NCBI GenBank assembly: GCA_013360215.1
Contig: JABWCP010000001.1
Coordinates: 24,193-88,192, forward strand
Origin: a bacterium
Lineage (GTDB): Bacteria > CLD3 > SB21
Reading direction: 5' to 3'
DNA length: 64,000 bases
Shown here: piece by piece, positions 39,186 to 50,196 of the stretch
How the letters are laid out: the number at the start of each line of letters is the position of its first letter
Numbering within the stretch: position 1 is the stretch's first letter
The notes under the pieces: generated by a model
The model's input: only the letters and a program-made list of their open reading frames with translations
Told to the model about the DNA's origin: nothing
The model's database searches: none
Program-made: the position numbers and the translations under genes

Positions 39186-41177
39186 TTATTTTTGACTTTT
39201 TTGTAATCCGTCAGCTAAAAATGATTTAAAAATTTCGGGGTCGCGTTCAAGCCCGCCGAAACGAGCCAATACTTTTTCATCGGGCGTGATGATAACGTAA
39301 AACGGCAAAGCTACACTGCCGACCAAACGCTGCTGCAATTCCTGATAACGTTCCATGTCTTCTCCAAAATCAGTCCACAGCCGCGTCAACACCATACGAT
39401 CAAAGTAGGATTGAACGTCAGCGCGCGTAAACATGGTTTTTTCCATGAGGCGACAATTGGTGCAGGTTTTGCCGGTAAAATCAATAAACAACGGTTTGCC
39501 GGAAGTACGGGCTTCACGAAGCGCGGCCTCGTAATTTTCGATCCATGTGCCGTGTGACTCTGTACTCTTGGCATTTCCGGCCGTACGCACTACGCCATAA
39601 TCCGACGGTGGCAAATACGCATCCATATCAGCTTGTAACGGATTTCCGAAAAGCCCGCTGAGCAAATAGACCGTAAACGAAATAAATAAAAGTCCGGTCA
39701 TCGTACGGCCAAAACCTATTTCTTCGACTTCATCTTCGACAGACCAGCGAATTTTCCCCAACAGATAAATACCGCTGACGCCAAACAATGTGATCCATAT
39801 CGAAAGCATGGCCGGGCGTGTGAGCCACTGCAGATCCCAGACTAAGTCAACATTACTAAAAAATTTGAACGCCGCGGCTATTTCGACCAATCCCATGACA
39901 ATTTTTGTCGCATGAAGCCATCCGCCGCTTTTAGGTAGATTAGCGAGGTATTGCGGAAATAAAGAAAGAAAGAAAAATGGTGTAGAAAATGCCGTCGCAA
40001 AACACAACATCCCAATCACCGGCAGAAACCACTCTCCGTCGGCTGCCGCCACCATCAAAAGCCCGAGAAATTGCACGGTACAGGTAAATGAAACCAAAGT
40101 AAATGTAACACCGGCCATCAGCGTACCGATCGTTTGTCCGGTATGGGCTTGCTGTTGCGAAAAATTGACAATAAACGACGGTAGCCGAATTTCAAAAACC
40201 CCAAATAAACTCATTGCAAAAACGATGAATAAAATTCCGATCGCGAGATTCACCCAGGCGTTGGCAGCAAAATTTTGTGCTCCGGTAGCGCCGACGACAA
40301 GCGACATAAGCCATCCGAATAACGTAAACGACGCGATAATTCCGACGACATAGATCACCGACTGACGCACCGCCCCCGCCCGGCTTGATGCCGAATGTTT
40401 GGTAAAATATGAAACCGTAATCGGAATCATCGGAAAGACGCAGGGAGTGAGTAGCGCCAAGAGCCCTGTAAGAAATGCTAATCCGATGAATGAGGCCAAT
40501 GATTCTTGACGCAAACTTTCGTACGAAGCCGTGCGCTCCTGTATCGTCGAAACTTTATCCGACGCTGTTTGAGCGACGCTATCATGGGACGCAGAGCTTT
40601 TGTTTTCGGGATCAGCGACCGAATGGTTCTGCGGGCTGATGGTTTCAACGGCTTGGTTAGGATTTATTTTTTTTAAGGGTTTTATCGTCCCCGCGGATAA
40701 TCCGATCCATTGTTGCGAAATGGTATGCGTAGTCCGTATTGTTTTAGGAGGAAGGCAATAAGATTCGGTACACGCCTGATACGTCATCGCGACGGTTATT
40801 ATGTCGCTCGTTTTTGCCGTTGCGTTAAGCTTGAGCTTCTGTTTAAATACAGCTTTACCGGAGTGCCACGTCACGTCAATGCCAAATCCCTCATCATGAT
40901 GACGTTTCCCCTCCGGGCTCATCACTTCTCCGACGAGCTCTATACCTTCCGGCAACGTAAATTTAAATTCCGTTGCGATGGGACCGTCGAGTTTTTCCAT
41001 TCCGTAAACGTGGTATTTCGAATCAATATCAGCTACGATTTCCAAAACCGGTTGGCCGTTTTCGATCGCCTCACGGGTTGAAAGTTTAACTACGTTGGTT
41101 TGCGCACGTGCCGGTATGCCGGAGAAAATTAAGAATGTAAGAATAACGACAATCGTTCGCTTTGTTTTATACATCAT
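39186..41177 (-). CDS. dsbD: Thiol:disulfide interchange protein DsbD (alpha, beta-TM and gamma-thioredoxin domains)
   Basis: TM-domain cysteines LTPCVFPMIP and FTCTVQF, and the C-terminal thioredoxin CTNC. The ORF-track start at 41216 is TTG. ATG at 41177. Confidence 0.8.
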   Translation of the reverse strand: MMYKTKRTIVVILTFLIFSGIPARAQTNVVKLSTREAIENGQPVLEIVADIDSKYHVYGMEKLDGPIATEFKFTLPEGIELVGEVMSPEGKRHHDEGFGIDVTWHSGKAVFKQKLKLNATAKTSDIITVAMTYQACTESYCLPPKTIRTTHTISQQWIGLSAGTIKPLKKINPNQAVETISPQNHSVADPENKSSASHDSVAQTASDKVSTIQERTASYESLRQESLASFIGLAFLTGLLALLTPCVFPMIPITVSYFTKHSASSRAGAVRQSVIYVVGIIASFTLFGWLMSLVVGATGAQNFAANAWVNLAIGILFIVFAMSLFGVFEIRLPSFIVNFSQQQAHTGQTIGTLMAGVTFTLVSFTCTVQFLGLLMVAAADGEWFLPVIGMLCFATAFSTPFFFLSLFPQYLANLPKSGGWLHATKIVMGLVEIAAAFKFFSNVDLVWDLQWLTRPAMLSIWITLFGVSGIYLLGKIRWSVEDEVEEIGFGRTMTGLLFISFTVYLLSGLFGNPLQADMDAYLPPSDYGVVRTAGNAKSTESHGTWIENYEAALREARTSGKPLFIDFTGKTCTNCRLMEKTMFTRADVQSYFDRMVLTRLWTDFGEDMERYQELQQRLVGSVALPFYVIITPDEKVLARFGGLERDPEIFKSFLADGLQKSQK

Positions 41178-42249
41178 GTTTTTCCTTAATTGCAAGTTGC
41201 CCGCAAGCCGCCGCAATATCCCTGCCCCGGGAGCGACGTAATGTTAAAGGCGATGAAATACCTGAAACTAATTTCATAAATCGCGCGATATGCTCCGGCG
41301 AAGGGCGTTTCAGATCGGGGCCTTCGATGGGATTGTACGGTATAACATTCACTTTACATTTTCCTAATTGTTTAGCCATCGTACGTAAGCGTTTGGCATC
41401 GTCATCCGAATCATTAACGCCCGCAAGTAAAACATATTCCAGCGTCGCCGGGTTTTTTCGCCGGGCATTGAGATATTGGATAGATTCCAGCAAATCCTTA
41501 AGCGGATATTTTTTGGTAATGGGCATCACTTTTTGCCGCACCTCATCCGTCGTGGCATTGACACTGATCGCGAGATTGTAAGGCAAATCGGCGGCGGCAA
41601 ACTCATAAATTTTGGGGATAATACCTGAGGTGGATATGGTGATTCGTTTAGGCGCCAAACCGGGACCATGTTCCGATATTATAATGCCCGCCGCATTCAT
41701 GACATTTTCATAATTAAGAAACGGTTCGCCCATGCCCATAAAAACAATATTGGATATCTCAGGATCGATTTCACGACGGATATACATAAGCTGCCCGATG
41801 ATCTCGCCGACACTAAGGTTGCGACGAAACCCCATCCAGCCTGTGGCGCAAAATTGGCATGCTACCGCACAGCCGACCTGGGAGGAAATACAAACCGTTT
41901 TACGCCCCTCATCGGGTATATACACGGCCTCAACTTTTTCACCGTCCGCAAGCTGAAATAAAATTTTTCGCGTTACGTCGTTCTCTTTTTCGCCGGAAGT
42001 TTGGATTTTGATCACGGTATCGGTTATGATAACGGCGGATGCATGCAGCTTATCCCGTAAGGATTTGGACAAATCCGACATATCATCAAAATTTGTGACA
42101 CCGCGTTTATACATCCATTGAAAAACCTGTACGGCACGGAATTTTTTTTCACCCAACGCTTCAAAAAACGATTCCAGTTCGGGCAATGTCTTGCCGAAAA
42201 TATTGATCGTCTCGGGCTTTAAATTTTGATTTTTTGCAATGCTTTTCAT
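41167..42249 (-). CDS. rlmN: 23S rRNA / tRNA adenine C2 methyltransferase, radical SAM
   Basis: CISSQVGCAVACQFCATG and the N-terminal FRAVQVFQWMY. A conventional start is ATG 42249. Confidence 0.9.
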   Translation of the reverse strand: MKSIAKNQNLKPETINIFGKTLPELESFFEALGEKKFRAVQVFQWMYKRGVTNFDDMSDLSKSLRDKLHASAVIITDTVIKIQTSGEKENDVTRKILFQLADGEKVEAVYIPDEGRKTVCISSQVGCAVACQFCATGWMGFRRNLSVGEIIGQLMYIRREIDPEISNIVFMGMGEPFLNYENVMNAAGIIISEHGPGLAPKRITISTSGIIPKIYEFAAADLPYNLAISVNATTDEVRQKVMPITKKYPLKDLLESIQYLNARRKNPATLEYVLLAGVNDSDDDAKRLRTMAKQLGKCKVNVIPYNPIEGPDLKRPSPEHIARFMKLVSGISSPLTLRRSRGRDIAAACGQLAIKEKHDV

Positions 42250-42337
42250 TGGTTTGCAACATATTAACTCCGGTGAAGATAAACAAGATTTTTTAGCCGC
42301 CCCTTGCACGTCACGGCAAATCATTGTATCATGCGCC

Positions 42338-42973
42338 ATGAATTTTTATGCACGTGTAACCGTATTTCTTTTATCCTTGGTCTCCATTTTATTAACGGCA
42401 TGTTCCGGAAAATCGTATTCAACCGATACCCCGGAAAACTGCCATAATGCCGTGGTGACTGCGATCCGTACGCAGGATTTTGGCGCCTTATATACTCTGA
42501 TAGACACCGCCATTCGTTCCGATGTACGTACATACTTTCACAATACACGCTCTGTATTATCCATGATCGATTTGTCCTATCCTCCCAGCCAGCATATCGC
42601 GGCACGCGGTGATCTGACGTTACGATTCAACAATGACTCTCTGACGATGGCGTATTTTGAAAAAATCAGTACCGACACGGTTTTGTTTTCCGATGTTTCA
42701 TCGCGCAGCATCGGTAATGTTTCGTGGTGGGAAAACATTATCCAGGCCTATCGTGCACACGCTGAAAAAATTATCGAGGAAGATGGTTTTGCTTCTGTCA
42801 TCACGTCTGCCGGTGATACGGTGCTCTATCAACGTTATAACGACGGTAAATGGTACTGCCTATTGCCGGTTCATACGTTTTGGAAAACTCTCGCCACGGT
42901 CAGTCGGCAAAACTTAGAAGTAACCCGTCGCAATAGTATCGTTTTTTCATCCGCATTACAGGATACGCTATGA
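42338..42973 (+). CDS. Lipoprotein of unknown function
   Basis: Lipobox LLTACSGKS. No recognisable domain. Confidence 0.45.
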   Translation: MNFYARVTVFLLSLVSILLTACSGKSYSTDTPENCHNAVVTAIRTQDFGALYTLIDTAIRSDVRTYFHNTRSVLSMIDLSYPPSQHIAARGDLTLRFNNDSLTMAYFEKISTDTVLFSDVSSRSIGNVSWWENIIQAYRAHAEKIIEEDGFASVITSAGDTVLYQRYNDGKWYCLLPVHTFWKTLATVSRQNLEVTRRNSIVFSSALQDTL

Positions 42974-43611
42974 GTCTAAAGTTACCTTGGGATATCGAAT
43001 CGCTGCATCTGATTTGCGAACGTGACGAAGAATCTTGGCTTCACGGTGGCACGCATTATTTCCATGACAATAATTCTTCGATCCTCGCCGTAGCCCATCT
43101 GGATTGTGTTCAGGCATATGCGGGATTTGACTTTGAAGAAACCGACGGGCATTCGACGGTGCATTGCACTACATTGGACGATCGCCTTGGGGTATATATC
43201 ATTACGGAATTACTTCCCACCATAGGAGTGACTACGGATATACTCTTAAGTACCGATGCACGGCATGGTGAAAGTACGGCACAAATGTTTATACCGGAAA
43301 AAAGATACCATTGGATCTTTTCGTTTGATCGAAAAGGGTCGGGTGTTGTTTTATACCAATACGGCGATGCGGAAACCATACAGCGAATGCAAAAATACGG
43401 ATTTGATGTGCATGAAGGCTACCGCTCGGACATTGTTTTGATGGATCACTTGGAGTGCAAAGCATTTAATTTTGGCTGTGGATATCATGAACCTTTGACA
43501 GACAAATCCTTTGCGGTATTGGACGAATCGGAGGCAAATATTCTCCGATTTCAACAATTTTACAACGATCATAAAAACACGCTGATGCCGCATGTGCCGT
43601 CGTATTTATAA
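42970..43611 (+). CDS. Hypothetical protein with metallopeptidase-like HxD and DDR motifs (possibly a minimal M42/M20-like fold)
   Basis: AVAHLDCVQ and TLDDRLGVYII are spaced as in M42/M28 metal sites. It lacks the EE pair and is only 213 aa. ATGA overlap with the preceding lipoprotein gene. Confidence 0.3.
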   Translation: MSLKLPWDIESLHLICERDEESWLHGGTHYFHDNNSSILAVAHLDCVQAYAGFDFEETDGHSTVHCTTLDDRLGVYIITELLPTIGVTTDILLSTDARHGESTAQMFIPEKRYHWIFSFDRKGSGVVLYQYGDAETIQRMQKYGFDVHEGYRSDIVLMDHLECKAFNFGCGYHEPLTDKSFAVLDESEANILRFQQFYNDHKNTLMPHVPSYL

Positions 43612-43650
43612 CATTATGCAACTTTAATTTATCAACCAATCATACTTTTT

Positions 43651-46377
43651 ATGTCCGAACGTTTATTCTTATTAGATGGTATGGCCTTAGCTTATCGCGC
43701 ATATTTTGCATTTATTCATAATCCTTTGAAAAATGCTAAAGGTGAAAATACCAGCGCGGTATTCGGTTTTATTAATGCCTTGATCAAAATCCGTGATGAA
43801 GAAAAACCGGATTACATCGCCGTTGCGTTTGATCTCGCTGAACCTACGTTTCGACACAAGCAATATAGCGAATACAAAGCAACGCGTGAAAAAATGCCGG
43901 AAGACATGGTGCCGCAACTTCATTATCTCAAAGAACTGACTGAAGCCATGGGCGTACCTATTCTCGAGTACCCGGGCTATGAAGCAGATGATGTGATCGG
44001 TACATTATCCGTACGCGCCGCACAGCAAGGTGTCGTGGCACACATGGTGACGGGTGATAAAGATTTCATGCAGCTGATCGGCCCCAATATCGTAATGTAT
44101 AATCCCTTAAAAAAAGGCGGCGAAAAAGAAATCATCGGACGCGAAGGTGTTCTTGAAAAATTTGGCGTCGAGCCTTCGCAAGTCACCGATATACTGGGCC
44201 TCATGGGCGATGCCGCTGATAATATACCCGGCGTAAAAGGTATCGGAGAAAAAACTGCGGCCAAATTGATCAATCAATACGGCTCCATCGAAAAAATATA
44301 CGAACAAATTGATAGCATCAAAGGAAAGCTGCGCGAAAACCTGGAACAACATAAAGAGGATGCTTTCCTTTCCAAGTCGCTCGCAACGATTGCACTGGAT
44401 GTGCCGCTTCGCGAAGATATCCATGATCTGCGTGGCCGGACGCCGGATCATCAAAAAGTCACTCGCCTTCTTACCGAACTCGAATTCAAGTCTTTGATTA
44501 AAAAAATTTTAAAAAACGAATCCGATTTATTCGTCGATGATACACCGCCTCAGCGTGAACGTGCGCCGGAAGCCGCTCGTAATTATCATACACTCCAAAC
44601 CGAAGTGGCTATTCAAGAACTTGTCACCAAGTTAACGAACTCAGGCGGCTTCGCGTGGGACACAGAAACGACCGATGCCGATCCGATGCGTGCTGAGTTA
44701 GTGGGCTTTTCATTCAGTTGGACCGAAGGCGAAGCCTTTTACATTCCTTGCAATGGAAACGTCCCTGTCGAAACAATTTGCACTTTATTGAAACCCGTAT
44801 TGGAAGACTCGTCCATTCCCAAGTGGGGACAAAATACCAAATACGATATCATCGTCGTATCACACTATGGTATCGAAGTACAAGGAACTGCTTTTGACAC
44901 TATGATAGCGGGGCATCTGTTGCACTCCGACAAAGAGGTCAACATTGACGCTCTAGCCGCGTCCTATCTTGGGATTGAAAAAATTCCCACAACGGATCTG
45001 ATCGGCACCGGAAAAAATCAGATTACGATGCGGGATGTCCCCATCGAAAAAGTCAGCGTTTATGCCAGTGAAGACGCGGACTGCGTCGTACGTTTAAAAA
45101 ATGTCATGTCCCCTTTGCTCAAAGAAACGCATAGTGCAAAAATTTTTAATACGATTGAAATGCCGCTTATTCCGGTGCTTCAACTAATGGAACGCCACGG
45201 CGTATGGCTTGATTTGGAAATTTTAAGTACGATGTCCAAAGATTTTGCCGTACAAATCACTCAGGAAGAACAACGCATTTTCAAAGAAGCCGGAACTGAC
45301 TTCAATATGAATTCGCCTCAACAGCTTGGTGAAATACTTTTTGAAAAACTGCAAATTCATAAATTGGCCGGTATCGAAAAACCGAAACTAACGGGTAAGA
45401 CCAAACAATACGCCACGGATGTAAAAATATTAGAACAATATCGTACGCTACCGATCGTTGAGGCTATACTCAATTACCGCCAGCTGACCAAACTTAAGTC
45501 AACTTATATTGACGGCCTTCCCCCGCTTCGTAATCCTCGAACCGGGCGTATTCACACGACATTCAATCAAACGATCGCCGCTACTGGACGTTTATCATCG
45601 ACTAATCCCAATTTTCAAAATATCCCTATACGTACCGACATGGGCCGTGAAATTCGTCGCGCATTTACAGCACAGGAAAAAGGTTGGGTTTTGTTATCAG
45701 CCGATTATTCGCAGATCGAACTTCGTGTTATGGCGCACATGTCCGGAGATGAAAATTTAATAGCGGCGTTTTCTGAGGATGCTGATATTCACACAAGTAC
45801 AGCCGCAAGGGTGTTCGGCGTCCCGGCCAATGAAGTGACAAAGGACTTGCGCCGAAAGGCTAAAGACATTAATTTCGGCGTCATTTACGGTATTTCACCG
45901 TTTGGCTTGGCACAACGAATCGGCATGAGCCAAGCCGAAGCACGCGACTTTATTCATAGTTACTTTGCTACATATCCTAAAGTAAAGTCGTATATCGAAT
46001 CGGTTATTGCCAAGGGAAAAGAAGACGCCTTTGTAACAACTCTCTTTGGTCGCCGACGGTATTTACCGGACTTACAAAGTAAAAACTTTACAGTACGCCA
46101 GTTTGCAGAGCGCGCAGCGACTAATACGCCGATACAAGGAACGGCCGCTGAGATTATAAAAATGGCTATGCTCAAAACACATGCGGCGCTTGAGAAAAGT
46201 TCACTTTCGGCAAAAATGATTTTACAGGTTCATGATGAATTGGTATTTGAAACACCACAGACCGAATTACAGCAACTTGAAGCGTTAGTTCGTTCGTCCA
46301 TGGAGTCTGCTGTTCAGATGAAAGTTGCACTTAAGGTGGATATGGGCAGCGGTGACAATTGGTTAGAAACAAAATAA
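43651..46377 (+). CDS. polA: DNA polymerase I
   Basis: 5'-3' exo, 3'-5' exo and polymerase domains. Motif B RRKAKDINFGVIYG and motif C VHDELVFE. Confidence 0.95.
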   Translation: MSERLFLLDGMALAYRAYFAFIHNPLKNAKGENTSAVFGFINALIKIRDEEKPDYIAVAFDLAEPTFRHKQYSEYKATREKMPEDMVPQLHYLKELTEAMGVPILEYPGYEADDVIGTLSVRAAQQGVVAHMVTGDKDFMQLIGPNIVMYNPLKKGGEKEIIGREGVLEKFGVEPSQVTDILGLMGDAADNIPGVKGIGEKTAAKLINQYGSIEKIYEQIDSIKGKLRENLEQHKEDAFLSKSLATIALDVPLREDIHDLRGRTPDHQKVTRLLTELEFKSLIKKILKNESDLFVDDTPPQRERAPEAARNYHTLQTEVAIQELVTKLTNSGGFAWDTETTDADPMRAELVGFSFSWTEGEAFYIPCNGNVPVETICTLLKPVLEDSSIPKWGQNTKYDIIVVSHYGIEVQGTAFDTMIAGHLLHSDKEVNIDALAASYLGIEKIPTTDLIGTGKNQITMRDVPIEKVSVYASEDADCVVRLKNVMSPLLKETHSAKIFNTIEMPLIPVLQLMERHGVWLDLEILSTMSKDFAVQITQEEQRIFKEAGTDFNMNSPQQLGEILFEKLQIHKLAGIEKPKLTGKTKQYATDVKILEQYRTLPIVEAILNYRQLTKLKSTYIDGLPPLRNPRTGRIHTTFNQTIAATGRLSSTNPNFQNIPIRTDMGREIRRAFTAQEKGWVLLSADYSQIELRVMAHMSGDENLIAAFSEDADIHTSTAARVFGVPANEVTKDLRRKAKDINFGVIYGISPFGLAQRIGMSQAEARDFIHSYFATYPKVKSYIESVIAKGKEDAFVTTLFGRRRYLPDLQSKNFTVRQFAERAATNTPIQGTAAEIIKMAMLKTHAALEKSSLSAKMILQVHDELVFETPQTELQQLEALVRSSMESAVQMKVALKVDMGSGDNWLETK

Positions 46378-46401
46378 AAATTGATATAACAAGGAGACAG
46401 T

Positions 46402-47454
46402 ATGGCTTCCGTGAAAGCAAGTAAGATCAATTACAAAACAATAGTCATAGCGGTATGCGGGTTAATACTCGTGGGATTGGCAATTTGGTACTTCTTTTTA
46501 CGTTCTAAAGAATATCCGGGCGTACCCCGTACGGCCGTAAAGTATTATAAAGAAGGTTTGGATTCGTTAGATGCCGGACGTATCGAAGCCGCCGCAAATC
46601 TCTTCACTAAGGCCGTGGATCTGGATCATACCTTTGCGGATGCATGTGCCAAGTTGGCAGAAACTTATTATCAGGCTGGCGCTGTTCATAAACGAAATAA
46701 AGATATTAAAATGCAAAACGCGATGTTTGATCAATCCAAGAGGTTCATGAATATGGCCTTTGATGCAAACCCACTAAATGGAAATGCGTATTTTGTTCGC
46801 GGTTTATTGCATTACGAAAATGAAGAATGGTCAGATGCTACGCGTGATTTAGAATTAGCCATTATTTATGGAGTTAGTAATTTCAACGTGCACTCGACAC
46901 TGGCTTATTTATATAATCAAAGTGAGCTCACGGCAAAATGTGTCGAACAGTATCAAAAAGCGTTGAACTACAAGAAAAATGATGTGCGGACATTAACCAA
47001 TTTGGGCGATATATATTTTCAGTTGGAAAATTATACAGTAGCAACCGATTATTACTCAAGTGTTCTTAAAGAAAACGAGAGTAATATTAAAATTAAAACT
47101 CGCTATGCGGTTGCTCTTTGGAAATCCGGGCAACAAGAAACGGCTAAAAATATTTTGAATCAAATTTTATCAGATGATGCCGGTAAAAAAGTTCAAAACT
47201 ATAACGCTATCGCATGGGCGTTAGTAGATAACGATGTTGACTATGAATGGGGACTCAAGCTTGCTCAAGCTGCCGATGAAATGAAACCCAACAATATTGA
47301 ATCTTTAAATATCTTAGGTTGGGCTTATTTTAAGTTAAAAGATTATGATAAAGCCATCCAACATTTGAGCAAGTCATACAAACAAACCAAATCAGATGAT
47401 GTAAAAGAAAGAATTCGCCTCATCAAAGAGCAACAAGAAAAATCGAGTAAATAA
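46402..47454 (+). CDS. Membrane-anchored TPR-repeat protein
   Basis: N-terminal TM segment, then multiple TPR repeats. AAGGAGA RBS upstream. Confidence 0.6.
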   Translation: MASVKASKINYKTIVIAVCGLILVGLAIWYFFLRSKEYPGVPRTAVKYYKEGLDSLDAGRIEAAANLFTKAVDLDHTFADACAKLAETYYQAGAVHKRNKDIKMQNAMFDQSKRFMNMAFDANPLNGNAYFVRGLLHYENEEWSDATRDLELAIIYGVSNFNVHSTLAYLYNQSELTAKCVEQYQKALNYKKNDVRTLTNLGDIYFQLENYTVATDYYSSVLKENESNIKIKTRYAVALWKSGQQETAKNILNQILSDDAGKKVQNYNAIAWALVDNDVDYEWGLKLAQAADEMKPNNIESLNILGWAYFKLKDYDKAIQHLSKSYKQTKSDDVKERIRLIKEQQEKSSK

Positions 47455-47470
47455 TAAATCCAAATAAATT

Positions 47471-49327
47471 CTACGATTGACCGCCTAACGCCTGCTCTAC
47501 CAACCGCAGGCGTTTTCTTATTTCATTTTGATATATGGATTTTGGAAATTTTACTAACAATTGCCGATAGAGCTGAATCGCTCTATCAGGTCGATTTAAT
47601 TTATAATCGTAAATTTCGGCCGCTTTTTTTAAAGCCAAATCAGCCTGAATGCCTTGGGGTTCAGCTGTCAAAACTTGATAAAACGTACTCACGGCTTCAT
47701 TGTACTGACCGAGCCGCTCGTGGGTTATTCCGATCCGCATCAAAATCCATTCTTTTAGACGACTCTCCCCCAGCGTTTCGCTGATATGGTTGAGCTCACG
47801 CAAAGCTTCTGTATACTTTCGTTGCTCTGCCAGCAAATCGGATTTTGCGATAGCCTTCTGAAACGATAAATTCTTCTTACTCTCCTGCAAAAGTAAAATG
47901 AAAGAAAGCGCATCGTTGACATATAAACCGTTAGGTACTTTAGCCAAAGACTGCATACGTTTATAGCACGTATCTATGTGACCGTTATAAAAATCAATTT
48001 TAGCTAAGGCAAATTCAGCGCGCTCCAAGTAAATTGGAGTACGGTTGATCCGCATGGCTTCTTTATAACGCTGAGCACTGTTATCTATTTCGCCGCGAAT
48101 CAAATGACATTCGCCCAAGCGAAACAACGATTCGATGGCGAAATTATTTTTAGCAAAATTTCGGTACACCGCTTCATAGTGACGAATAGCTTCATCAACG
48201 TCAAACATTCGGTTTAAATAAATTTCTCCAAGTCGAAAATGCGCTTCGGCCGCCCACTCTAAATTTTTATATTTTTCAGCAATGTTTTTGTAAACTTCGA
48301 TGGCTTGATTAGTATAGCGCAATTCGGCTACCATAGCTTGGCCAAGCGATGTATCCTGAAAAGCTTTTACTTCCGATGTGCGTACATCTTGATTTTCCCA
48401 ACATCGCGCTAAACCCATTTCAGCTTGCGGCGCATTAGGGTACTGATTAAGAAATGATTTGTAGGCTTTCTCAGCTATCGTATATCGTTGTGCGCCAAAT
48501 GCCATATCCGCAAATGCGAGGAACTCCGTCCCCTGTTTTTGAAACTGTTCATCTAATTGAATTGTGGTAGCAAACGCCGCATCCATGCGTCCGGTTTTAA
48601 ATTGAAGTTCTCCAATGAGCTTGAGCAGTTTAGGTTCTTTGGGTAATTGCTGAATATAGATTTTTACAGCGTTTACGATAGTATCCAAATCTGCGGATAC
48701 ATCGCCGAATTGTAATATTTGCTGACGCACGTAATCAAATGTCCCCATGCCGTAAGACCAAAACGAGAGAAATTCAAGCGTAGCCGCATGATAGTCGCCG
48801 CGATATTGCTGCAAGTTGGCCATTTCAGCAATAAACAGTTTTTCGTTACGCAATGTTTTACGCGCCGATTTATACAATCGTTCCAATTCATCCCATCGAC
48901 GGTTTTCCATTAAAATCGAAGCAAATACGCGGTAATTCCCGATTGGGTTTTGTCCGGTAGAAATATACTTTTGTATTATGGTAGCAGCTAGCTCCGGGCG
49001 TTTAAGTTTATAATAATTATCAGTTAATTCTGCCCAAAATGTAATTTGGGACGAATCACTTTGAATCTGCGCCAAAAGTACGCGCTCTCTCAATTCATAT
49101 TTTCCTAAAGTTTTATACGCGCGTTTCAGGCGATCTGCTATAACGATATTTGAGGGGTCTTTTTGATATAATTTTTCATAAATGGTCACTGCTTTTTCAA
49201 ATTGACCATCCGCTTCCAGACTTTGTGCGAGGCTCATCGGATCACCGCTTTGCGCGCTGATTGGAACTATCTTAAAAAGAAAAACAGCAACGTAAAAAGT
49301 TGCTGTTATTAAAATACGACTGAACAT
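47471..49327 (-). CDS. Secreted TPR-repeat protein
   Basis: Signal peptide and more than 10 TPR-like repeats. Confidence 0.6.
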   Translation of the reverse strand: MFSRILITATFYVAVFLFKIVPISAQSGDPMSLAQSLEADGQFEKAVTIYEKLYQKDPSNIVIADRLKRAYKTLGKYELRERVLLAQIQSDSSQITFWAELTDNYYKLKRPELAATIIQKYISTGQNPIGNYRVFASILMENRRWDELERLYKSARKTLRNEKLFIAEMANLQQYRGDYHAATLEFLSFWSYGMGTFDYVRQQILQFGDVSADLDTIVNAVKIYIQQLPKEPKLLKLIGELQFKTGRMDAAFATTIQLDEQFQKQGTEFLAFADMAFGAQRYTIAEKAYKSFLNQYPNAPQAEMGLARCWENQDVRTSEVKAFQDTSLGQAMVAELRYTNQAIEVYKNIAEKYKNLEWAAEAHFRLGEIYLNRMFDVDEAIRHYEAVYRNFAKNNFAIESLFRLGECHLIRGEIDNSAQRYKEAMRINRTPIYLERAEFALAKIDFYNGHIDTCYKRMQSLAKVPNGLYVNDALSFILLLQESKKNLSFQKAIAKSDLLAEQRKYTEALRELNHISETLGESRLKEWILMRIGITHERLGQYNEAVSTFYQVLTAEPQGIQADLALKKAAEIYDYKLNRPDRAIQLYRQLLVKFPKSIYQNEIRKRLRLVEQALGGQS

Positions 49328-49338
49328 ATTATCCCTGA

Positions 49339-50196
49339 TTATTTGATGGATTCCACGCGAAGTTTTCCTAGCCCGGTTTCCAAGTGTAATTCCAAAACAG
49401 CATCCGAAGCGTCAAATCCTTTGGAAATATATAACCCGTCACGCTTCTTCACAAAATCATTATGATCAATTCGAATTGATGATAAATACGATTCGTCCGT
49501 ATGTATTTTTACGGCAAGGTTCTGAGGCAATCGTATAATAAGACTACCGATGCCTACTGTAATATGCGCCGACGCACTTTGTGTCATCGTTCCCGAAAAA
49601 TCCAACATATAATTTCCTACACCGCCTTCAAACTCTAGTTTTTCGAAGTTGGCATTGCCTAAGCCGTACATATTAAGCTTAGAAATACCGGCTTCGATTC
49701 TAAATTTATTGATGCGATCACGATTGAGTGTCGAGAAGCGTATATTGGACGAACTGGCACCCATATTGAGCGTAAGATCGCGAACGCGTAACTGAGTAAA
49801 ATCCATCTCACTCTCACAGGCACCCAAATCAATTTTAAACGATACTGGTATCTTGTCCGTCAGATACATCTGTATATCTTGATTGCCCACATCGAAGAAG
49901 CCCACATTGTTTTCTTCGTCCATACGCATGGAAATCATACCGGTGGTACCGTTTTTTTCATAGTCCACGGTCGGTTTGACTTCACGATCTTCTGATTGTA
50001 TCGTTATTCGAGCAAGCTTGTCCGTTGAAATCCTTTTTAGCGATAACTTGCCGGCGGCATACTCAAGACGAACTTTTAATTCCTTTTCATCCGTACGTTC
50101 GATCTCCTGCACATCATATTGCCCAACTGCAGGCAATACCTGTAAAATAAACAGCCATAAAAAGTAGAAGATCTTATTTGCTGGATTGAACGTCAT
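49339..50196 (-). CDS. DUF4097/LiaF-C-like putative adhesin (beta-helical), membrane anchored
   Basis: N-terminal TM segment and a repetitive beta-strand domain. Overlaps the stop of the upstream ECF sigma gene. Confidence 0.45.
   Translation of the reverse strand: MTFNPANKIFYFLWLFILQVLPAVGQYDVQEIERTDEKELKVRLEYAAGKLSLKRISTDKLARITIQSEDREVKPTVDYEKNGTTGMISMRMDEENNVGFFDVGNQDIQMYLTDKIPVSFKIDLGACESEMDFTQLRVRDLTLNMGASSSNIRFSTLNRDRINKFRIEAGISKLNMYGLGNANFEKLEFEGGVGNYMLDFSGTMTQSASAHITVGIGSLIIRLPQNLAVKIHTDESYLSSIRIDHNDFVKKRDGLYISKGFDASDAVLELHLETGLGKLRVESIK

Noticed and set aside
42970-43611. Calling the 213-aa protein an M42 aminopeptidase
   Set aside because: Only two of the five metal-ligand motifs are recognisable, and the protein is approx 140 aa too short. 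It is kept as a hypothetical protein with a noted motif resemblance.
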